64,000 nucleotides of DNA from IMG/VR virus record IMGVR_UViG_2838247499_000001, positions 10,120 through 74,119 of that record; one strand, 5' to 3'. The stretch comes from a virus. Taxonomy: Duplodnaviria; Caudoviricetes. Below are positions 56,406 through 64,000 of this stretch, piece by piece (positions within the stretch are counted from its first letter, which is position 1; each line of letters starts with the position of its first letter). The translations under genes and the position numbers were made by a program. The notes below the pieces were generated by a model. It was not told where the DNA came from. It did not search any database and was given only the letters and a program-made list of their open reading frames with translations.

Positions 56406-59087
56406 ATGACCATGATGCGACACCACGTGTTCGAGCAGTCCGAGGCCTACCCCGTGGCCATCCTGGCCAAGAACGCGGCCTTCAACAAGACAGACCTCCT
56501 GGTGAACTACGTCGACCCCCTGCGGTCGATGGGCGTTCCCGCGGGCGATGTGGTGGCCTTCAACCTGCCGTACAACGACGCCAACAAGGCCCCCGTGCCC
56601 TTCATCAAGGAGTATCTCAACGACCTGATGCCTGCGCTGCAGGCTGTGGGTGCCGAGGTGCTCTACGTCGCCGACGCCAACTACTTCAAGGTCATCGCCG
56701 GCGTGGCCAAGGCCGATCCCCACCACGGCTACGTGTTGCCCTGCAAGCTCAAGGGCCACGAGAACCTGAAGGTGGTCCTGGGCGTCAACCACCAGGCGCT
56801 CATCTACAACCCGGAGATCCAGTCCAAGCTGTTCCTGTCGCTCAAGACCGTGGCCGACATGCGCAAGGACACGTACCAGGCGCCTGGCAGCGGCATCATC
56901 CACAGCGCCAGCTTCCCTGAGGGCGTGCAGCAGATCGGAGAGCAGCTGCAGGCCCTGCACCTGTACCCGGAGCTCTACTGCGACATCGAGGCCTTCAGCC
57001 TGCGCTTCTGGGAAGCCGGCATCGGCACCATCGCCTTCGCGTGGGACCAGCACCACGGCACGGCCTTCAGCTGCGACTACCAGCCGCTGCCCGAGAAGAC
57101 CGAGGACGGCCGCTACGGTGAGTTCGTGCCTAACCCGCTGGTGCGCCGGCTGCTGCTGGAGTTCTTCCTCAGCTACAAGGGCAAGCTCGTCTTCCACAAG
57201 GCGGACTACGACGTCGGCGTGATCATCTACACCCTGTGGATGGCGGACCTGCTGGATCAGCGGGGCCTGCTCACTGGCCTGGACGTCATGACCAGGTCGA
57301 TCGACGACACCAAGATCATCACCTACCTGGCGGTGAACTCCACGGCCGGCAACGAGCTCAGCCTCAAGGTGCAGGCTCAGGAGTTCGCCGGCAACTGGGC
57401 GGTGGAGGTCAAGGACATCCGTCGAGTGTCGCTCACCGACTTGCTGCAGTACAACCTGGTCGATGCGCTGTCCACGTGCTTCGTGAAAGCCAAGCACTAC
57501 CCGACCATGGTGCAGGACTGCCAGCTGGAGCTGTACGAGAAGCTCATGCTTCCGTCGCTCAAGCTGATCATCCAGCTCGAGCTCACCGGCATGCCGATGA
57601 ACGACGAGCGGCTCCAGGAGGTCAAGGCCAAGCTCGAGCAGATCCTGCAAGCCCAGCTCGACGTCATCAACACCCATCCGCTGGCTCAGGAGATGAACCG
57701 GCGGATGCAGGTGAAGGCGATGACCGACGCCAACGAGAAGCTCAAGGTCAAGCAGCACCCGATCGAGCGGTTCAGCGACCCGGCAAGCAAGCACTACGTG
57801 TGCTTCAACCCTGGCTCGGCGCTGCAGCTGCAGGAGCTACTCTACAAGCTGATGAAGCTGCCGGTGATCGACCTCACCGACACCAAGCAGCCGGCCACCG
57901 GTGGCGAGACGCTCGAGAAGCTGATCAACCACTGCCAGGACCAGTCCGGGAAGGACCTGCTCACTGCACTGATGGTCCGAGCCAAGATCGTCAAGATCCT
58001 GGACACCTTCATCCCGGCATTCGAGGCCGGCGTCATGAAGGCGGACGGCATGCGCTACCTGCATGGCAGCTTCAACATCGGCGGCACGGTGTCGGGCCGG
58101 CTGTCCAGCTCGGACCCCAACCTGCAGAACCTCCCGGCCAACGTGGTCGTGGTGGTCGACGGGGTGGAGATCCACCTGGGCAAGCTCATCAAGAGCATCT
58201 TCATGGGACCGGCCGGCTGGCTGTTCTGCGGTGCGGACTTCAACTCGCTGGAGGACTACATCAGTGCTCTGACGACGAAGGACCCGAACAAGCTGAACGT
58301 CTACATCCGTGGCTTCGATGGTCACTGCCTGCGTGCCTGCTACTACTTCCGCGACGAGCTGCCGGACGTCGACCTCGACGACCCGGACTCGGTGAACCAG
58401 CTGAAGAAGAAGGACCACCCCAAGAAGCACCTGCGCCAGGACTCCAAGGCGCCCACCTTCGCGCTCACCTACCAGGGCACGGCCCACACCCTCATGACCA
58501 ACCTCGGCTGGTCGGAGGAGAAGGCCAAGGCCGTGGAGGCCAACTACCACGAGCTCTACAAGGTGAGCGACCAGTACATCCAGTCCCGGCTGAAGCAGGC
58601 CTCCATCGACGGCTACGTCGAGGTGGCATTCGGGTTGCGCCTGCGCACTCCGCTGCTGGCTCAGGTGATGTTCGGTGGCTCGAAGATGCCCTACCAGGCT
58701 GCGGCCGAGGGACGCACTGCCGGCAACGCGATGGGCCAGTCCTACGGGCTGCTCAACAACCGTGCCGCTGTGGCCTTCTGGGAAGCCGTCTGGGCGTCGG
58801 AGTACCGCTACGACATCCTGCCCATCGCTCTGATCCACGATGCGATCTACCCCCTCATTCGGGACAACCCCGAGGTGATGGAGTTCGCCAACCGTGAGCT
58901 GATCAAGGCCATGCGCTGGCAGGAGCTGCCGGAGATCCAGCACGACACCGTCAAGCTGGGCGCCGCACTGGACGTCTTCTGGCCGAGCTGGGCCAACGGC
59001 ATCACGCTGCCCAACGACGCCGGCGTCGAGCAGATCATCGAGGTCTGCACCGAAGCCAAGCAGGAATACCTGAAGAAGGCCGCCTGA
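56406..59087 (+). CDS. Family A DNA polymerase (N4 gp39-like)
   Basis: Exo DIE, GRLSSSDPNLQN, DFNSLE (A), RQDSKAPTFALTY (B), IHDA (C). Confidence 0.95.
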   Translation: MTMMRHHVFEQSEAYPVAILAKNAAFNKTDLLVNYVDPLRSMGVPAGDVVAFNLPYNDANKAPVPFIKEYLNDLMPALQAVGAEVLYVADANYFKVIAGVAKADPHHGYVLPCKLKGHENLKVVLGVNHQALIYNPEIQSKLFLSLKTVADMRKDTYQAPGSGIIHSASFPEGVQQIGEQLQALHLYPELYCDIEAFSLRFWEAGIGTIAFAWDQHHGTAFSCDYQPLPEKTEDGRYGEFVPNPLVRRLLLEFFLSYKGKLVFHKADYDVGVIIYTLWMADLLDQRGLLTGLDVMTRSIDDTKIITYLAVNSTAGNELSLKVQAQEFAGNWAVEVKDIRRVSLTDLLQYNLVDALSTCFVKAKHYPTMVQDCQLELYEKLMLPSLKLIIQLELTGMPMNDERLQEVKAKLEQILQAQLDVINTHPLAQEMNRRMQVKAMTDANEKLKVKQHPIERFSDPASKHYVCFNPGSALQLQELLYKLMKLPVIDLTDTKQPATGGETLEKLINHCQDQSGKDLLTALMVRAKIVKILDTFIPAFEAGVMKADGMRYLHGSFNIGGTVSGRLSSSDPNLQNLPANVVVVVDGVEIHLGKLIKSIFMGPAGWLFCGADFNSLEDYISALTTKDPNKLNVYIRGFDGHCLRACYYFRDELPDVDLDDPDSVNQLKKKDHPKKHLRQDSKAPTFALTYQGTAHTLMTNLGWSEEKAKAVEANYHELYKVSDQYIQSRLKQASIDGYVEVAFGLRLRTPLLAQVMFGGSKMPYQAAAEGRTAGNAMGQSYGLLNNRAAVAFWEAVWASEYRYDILPIALIHDAIYPLIRDNPEVMEFANRELIKAMRWQELPEIQHDTVKLGAALDVFWPSWANGITLPNDAGVEQIIEVCTEAKQEYLKKAA

Positions 59088-59153
59088 GCTTCCATCCCCA
59101 ACCAAGCCCCCGTCTCTGAAAGGAGCGGGGGCTTCTTCATTTCCGGAGTCCAC

Positions 59154-59991
59154 ATGGACGACAACACCTACATCGTCCACCTCGAGTGCGAGGTCCACGA
59201 CAAGGAGCGCCTGTTCGAGGTCGCCCTCGAGCACATGGTCAACGAAGGCATCGACAAGGACGACGCCACCAACACCCTGCGACCTGGCGGTGAGATCTGC
59301 CCGCGGGCCTGCCTGCAGATGCTGCTGGACCGCAGCGAGTTCCTGTTCGACGCCGCAGGGATCCTGCACTCCGAAGTGGAGGCCGTGTAGCCATGGCCAC
59401 CACCCGAACAGTTCTCAACCCGGACTTCACCTGGGAAGTCGCCCTGCCTGACCGCTACGAAACCTTCCGCACCGAGGCAGCCGCCTGCAGCTACCAGGAA
59501 GCGCATGGCGGCAAGGTGCAGCGACACCTGGAAGGTGAGGGCATCTCGATCGAAGGCTGGGCCGAGGTCTGCCGTCTGAACGGCATCGTCGGCCGGGAGA
59601 TCGACTGATGGCCACCAAGTCCTCCCGCCTGCCCAGCAACGCCTGGGGCTGGCACCGCTACTACGTGTCCCGGTTCAACAAGACCGAGCACCCCGACGCC
59701 GCCTACCTGGCGATGCTCAACCTGTTCTTCCACCTGGCGTTCGGCGACGAGCGCACACCGGCCTGAGTCATGAACATCGAGATCACTCCCAAGAGCGCGG
59801 TCGAGCTGCTGAACCAGGCTGACAAGCTCGACACCCCCTATCACTTCGCCCGTGTCAACACCGCGGCGACCCGTGATGGTGAGCAAACCACGATCGCGCT
59901 GGTCCCCGACCACGACGCCAGCTTTCCGCTGCCGCAGATCACCCTCCACCAAGACGGCACCTACCGGGTGCATGTCGAGCTCCACCCCTGA
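59154..59991 (+). CDS. Four small hypothetical ORFs (59154-59390, 59393-59608, 59608-59766, 59770-59991)
   Basis: Packed ORFs after a terminator-like hairpin at about 59104-59136. Confidence 0.6.
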
Positions 59992-59994
59992 GCC

Positions 59995-60474
59995 ATGAAG
60001 ACCACCACCAACCTGCTCACCGGCAAGGCCCTGGACTACGCGGTGTTCACCGCCCTAGGCATGAGCTACTGGCTCTACAAGGACGCCAAGTTCGACAACA
60101 ACGCCGGCTACACCGACTGGGTGCTCAACGACAAAGGCCAGCTCGTCAAGTACCGCTTCGACGAGATGGCCAGCCGCGCCGGCCACTGGTATCAGAACGA
60201 GATCTGGACTCCGTCCACCGATCCGAGCCAGGGCCATCAGCTCATCGACGAGCACCAGATCAGCCTGCGCTACGTCAAGGACAAGCGCAAGGATGGCGGC
60301 TTCGACACGAAGGTGATGGCCGAGCTCTGGGTGCCCTTCAAGTTCCAGAACTACGAGGGCCGCGGCACCCCGTTCTACTCCGATGGCCCCACTGCGCTGG
60401 TGGCAGCCTGTCGCTGCTTCGTGGCTTCCCAACTGGGCTACGACATCGACATCCCCGAGGAGCTGCTGAAGTGA
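59995..60474 (+). CDS. DUF2591 / NinX-like protein
   Basis: LTGKALDYAV, PSTD...G..LID, GPTALVAACRCFV. Confidence 0.7.
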   Translation: MKTTTNLLTGKALDYAVFTALGMSYWLYKDAKFDNNAGYTDWVLNDKGQLVKYRFDEMASRAGHWYQNEIWTPSTDPSQGHQLIDEHQISLRYVKDKRKDGGFDTKVMAELWVPFKFQNYEGRGTPFYSDGPTALVAACRCFVASQLGYDIDIPEELLK

Positions 60475-62258
60475 CCGACAAGACCAACATCAAGGTCCTG
60501 TGGCGCTTCGACGAGCGGCTGTACGCCAGCTGGCCGGATGACGACGGCTGGAGCCGCGGCACACCGACCATCAAGGTCGAGCCGAGTAGCTTCCACGTCA
60601 TCAAGCACACGCCTCGCGGCTGCTGGATCAGCGTCGGCTACCGGGGCAAGAAGCGCTTCATCTGCTGGGACTGGAAGAAGAAGTTCGCCCATGCCACCAA
60701 GGAGGACGCCCTGCAGTCCTTCATCGCGCGCAAGCACCGCCAGGCCGCCATCTACGAAGCCAGGCTCGACACCACACGCCGTGCCTTGGCCATCGCCAAG
60801 TGCATGGTCGCCGAGCCTGGTCCCGTCAACCCTCTCATGGAGTTGCTCCTGTGACCGACCCCATCACCTACGTCTTCGAGCTCGAGACAGAGCGGGGTGA
60901 GCGTATCCAGTGGAAGGGACTCACCAAGGCGCAAGCCAAGGCGATGTACCGCTACACCGAGAAGCTGCTGCCGCGCAACGTCAAGCGCTTCGCTTGGAGA
61001 GAAGCATGAGCGAACCCAAACCCCACCCCTTCATCGCCGACTACATCTACGAGATCAGCAAGCCGGGCATCCCCTACATCAGCAACAGCCACGTGAAGCT
61101 GTGGCAGATGGGCATCCAGCACGGTCACGTGCTGATCCAGGACCTGATCAACCAGTACTTCAAGGCGCTGCGAGCGTTTGCTGGAGTCAAGCCGTGAGAG
61201 ACCGACTGAAGGACTTCGTCCTCGACGCTGTCATCTGTCTGCTTCTTCTTCCGCGGAAGGTGGTGCTGGTGATCGCCCTGCTGATTGTCATTGCACTCGG
61301 CTACTTCATGCACACCTTCCGCGTCGGCTACGACGACACCGACAACACCGTAGCCGGTGAGCGCTCAGGCATGCGCCTCTACACCGACCACGCCACTGGC
61401 TGCCAGTACCTGGCGCCAGGCGTGTTCGGAGGCCTGAGTCCCCGCCTGGATTCCACAGGCAAACAGATCTGCCACAAACCATGACGCACGATCCCATCAA
61501 CGACCCGTTCACCGGGATGGCAGCCGAGGAGGAGAACCCTCTCCCTCGTGCGCCCAGCGGCAAGCAGTTCATCAGCAGCAAGCCCCGTGCAGCGTCGTCG
61601 GCATCCACCGGTCGCCGGCCGGACTTCAACCTCGCCGTGCTGAACAAGCGCACCGGCCAGAAGAACTCCAAGGTCGGCGCCGCCTGGGTCAACGCGGACG
61701 GATCCATCTCGGTGAAGACGGACTACCCGTTCTCCCTCGATCACGACCCGGACGTCATCTACACCCTGTTCCCCACATGAGCCGCTACACCGTCACCGTC
61801 AACGGCCGCCTGCGCTTCACGCGCTACCCCACACTGCAGCAAGCCGGCGATGCGATCCCCAAGCTGGACCTGTATGCAGGCCACCAGTTCGTCATCACCG
61901 ACACCCAGCCCACCGGCCCGCTGAAGTACCACGTGGCCAGCGTGAGCGAGATGCCTCCCGGCATCGTGCTGACTCCTTCCGAGGAGCCGCCGCCACCGCC
62001 CTTCCAGGCCAACCCCTGAGCCCACCACCCGGTGGGCTTTTTTCATTGGAGTCCACCGTGATCTTCCCCGCCCGCCTGAAGGGCATCCGCTGCCTGGTCA
62101 AGGTGACGGAGGCCCCCACGATCAGCTTCCAGCTGCTCCACCCAGACACCAAGCAGCCGTGGCCCCTGGCCGCGCCGCTGCTCACCCCTCACGCCATCAA
62201 GACCCTGCACGAGGACCACCACCTCATGAAGCAGGCTGAGCTGTACCTGCCTGACTGA
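60471..62258 (+). CDS. Run of small hypothetical ORFs (60471-60854, 60851-61009, 61006-61197, 61194-61484, 61481-61780, 61777-62019, 62046-62258)
   Basis: Mostly 4-bp overlaps; terminator at about 62019-62043. Confidence 0.6.
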
Positions 62259-62262
62259 AGCC

Positions 62263-62499
62263 ATGTCCACCTTCCTCGACGACGCCGAGATCATCCAGCT
62301 GACCCACAAGAAGCGCCGGCATGCCCAGGCCACCGTCCTGCGGGCCATGGGCATCCAGCACAAGGTCCGCCCTGATGGATCCCTGGCCATCTCCCGCGAC
62401 CACATCAACAAGGCCTTCGACGGCGCCCAGGGGGCGAAGCCCCCCAGCGCCGGCCGGAAGGCCAAGACCACCACCCCCATCAACTGGGACGCCATCTGA
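62263..62499 (+). CDS. Excisionase-like protein (DUF4224-like)
   Basis: FLDDAEIIQLT.KKR...Q..VLRAMGI....RPDG; upstream of integrase. Confidence 0.8.
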   Translation: MSTFLDDAEIIQLTHKKRRHAQATVLRAMGIQHKVRPDGSLAISRDHINKAFDGAQGAKPPSAGRKAKTTTPINWDAI

Positions 62500-62639
62500 T
62501 GAAGACCTGGATCCTTCGCTGGGGACCGACCGGCGAGGAGCTGGCCACCGTTCGCGCGAGAACGGCCTCAGCTGCACGTCGCAAGGCTCCCTACCCCTAC
62601 CGTACCTACCTGGGTGAGATCGGCGCCCAGGAGGTCTGA
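62499..62639 (+). CDS. Small hypothetical protein
   Basis: MKTWILRWGPTGEELATVRAR..., 46 aa. Confidence 0.5.
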   Translation: MKTWILRWGPTGEELATVRARTASAARRKAPYPYRTYLGEIGAQEV

Positions 62640-62651
62640 AAGCACACCACC

Positions 62652-63752
62652 ATGGCCAAGCCACGCCTCAAAGACCACGAAGGCCTGCCCAAGGGCTGGC
62701 GCCAGAAGGGCAACGCCTTCTACTACCGGGTCCCGAAGGGCCTGGAGGCCCTCTGGGACGGCAAGACCGAGTTCAAGCTAGGGGACAGCCTCCCCGAGGC
62801 CTACAAGAGCTGGGCGGCCCGCCTGGCGGCCTCCGAGCATCGTCCCGAGGTCGGGACTGTCGGCCAGCTCCTGGACCGCTACGCCCTGGAGGTCATCCCC
62901 ACCAAGGCACTGCGGTCGCAGGAGTCCAACCGGAACCAGCTGAAGATGCTGCGTGCCGTGTTCGGCAACACCCCGCTGACCGAGATCGTGCCCAAGACGG
63001 TCTACATCTACGTCGACCGGCGATCCAAGAAGAAGAAGGATCCCGAGACGGGCAAGGTCACCGGGGGCAAGATCGCCGCGCACCGCGAGGTCGAGCTGCT
63101 CAGCCACGCCTTCACCAAGGCCGTGCAGTGGGGCTACATCGAGCGCCACCCATTCAAGGGGGAGATCGAGCTCGAAGGTGAGGACAGCCGGGACCGCTAC
63201 ATCGAGGACGACGAGGTCATCGAGATGCTGAGCCTGCAGCCGCGGCGCAAGTCCGGCTCCGTGCTGATGATCCAGGCCTACATCCGGCTCAAGCTGCTCA
63301 CCGGCCTGGCCCAGGGCGACCTGCTGCGCCTGACCATGGACCAGCTGCAGGACGACGGCATCCACGTGATCCGGCACAAGACCAAGAAGAAGGTTGGCCG
63401 GCGCACGATCTACCGCTGGACTCCCGAGCTCAAGCGCGCTGTCGAGCTGGCCAAGGAAGCCAGGCCCAAGAAGGACAGCGCCTTCCTGTTCTGCACCCGG
63501 GAGGGCAAGGGCTACATCGACCCGGAGAAGGGCAGCCAGGCCGGCTGGAAGTCCATGTGGCAGCGCTTCATGGAGCGCGTGCTGGACGAGACAGCCATCA
63601 AGGAGAAGTTCACCGAGCACGACCTGCGTGCCAAGGTGGGCTCCGACGCCCATTCCCTGGATCACGCCCGCTCGCTGCTGCAGCACGCGGATTCCCGCAC
63701 AACCCAAAGGGTCTACCGCCGCAAGGCAGAGATCGTGGAGCCACTCCGATGA
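62652..63752 (+). CDS. Tyrosine recombinase / integrase
   Basis: Arm-binding-like N-terminus, HDLR, LLQH...TT..VY; box I reads TGLAQGDL. Confidence 0.88.
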   Translation: MAKPRLKDHEGLPKGWRQKGNAFYYRVPKGLEALWDGKTEFKLGDSLPEAYKSWAARLAASEHRPEVGTVGQLLDRYALEVIPTKALRSQESNRNQLKMLRAVFGNTPLTEIVPKTVYIYVDRRSKKKKDPETGKVTGGKIAAHREVELLSHAFTKAVQWGYIERHPFKGEIELEGEDSRDRYIEDDEVIEMLSLQPRRKSGSVLMIQAYIRLKLLTGLAQGDLLRLTMDQLQDDGIHVIRHKTKKKVGRRTIYRWTPELKRAVELAKEARPKKDSAFLFCTREGKGYIDPEKGSQAGWKSMWQRFMERVLDETAIKEKFTEHDLRAKVGSDAHSLDHARSLLQHADSRTTQRVYRRKAEIVEPLR

Positions 63753-64000
63753 ACGTAGGCCGCTACCTACGCGGTGAAGACCGCCATGTCGGCACCGCCA
63801 GGGTGTCCTTCTCCTTCGCCGGCCAGCTCTACCAGCTGCACTCCAGCCGCCACTTGGAGCGGGGCGCCTACGTTGCCGTCAACGGCCCCTGGGACGCCTA
63901 CGGGATTGTTCTGGCCTGCCGACGCCAAGACGACGGCCGCTTCCTCAATGTCATCCGCGGCGTCAAGCGCCGCGACCTCACGCCTGCCTGCCAGTTCTGA
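63749..64000 (+). CDS. Hypothetical protein
   Basis: ATGA overlap with integrase; MNVGRYLRGEDRH... Confidence 0.55.
   Translation: MNVGRYLRGEDRHVGTARVSFSFAGQLYQLHSSRHLERGAYVAVNGPWDAYGIVLACRRQDDGRFLNVIRGVKRRDLTPACQF

Noticed and set aside
63753-64000. attP/attR site
   Set aside because: Region is occupied by an ORF; no core repeat or tRNA end identifiable within the window

Overview
The window is about 64 kb of a high-GC N4-like phage (Schitoviridae) genome, circularly permuted relative to the N4 virion map. The order is: a partial tail gene; a nucleotide metabolism and replication block (ThyX, class II RNR, nuclease, primase, AAA ATPase, SSB, RuvC-like); a 1.1 kb non-coding region; the minus-strand late module (3464-aa virion RNA polymerase, ejection proteins, capsid, portal, terminase); the presumed terminal-repeat junction near 40.4-40.6 kb; early genes; split RNAP II; MoxR/VWA pair; helicase; family A DNA polymerase; then an excisionase-like gene and a tyrosine integrase, suggesting a temperate or prophage-derived element. 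Most notable unexplained signals: (1) a three-unit structured RNA array at 12.84-13.91 kb, each unit a conserved leader hairpin plus a 15-21 bp conserved stem enclosing a different structured cargo, with a mutually exclusive alternative stem; (2) a likely -1 frameshift fusing the gp51-like ejection protein to a staphylococcal-nuclease domain; (3) a 52-codon ORF with a strong RBS nested in the vRNAP linker; (4) repeated early hairpin promoter candidates with a non-canonical 4-nt loop; (5) an integrase lacking its first catalytic Arg; (6) a cassette-like run of small ORFs between the RNAP II subunits. All family assignments come from motif and synteny recognition by eye; no searches were run.
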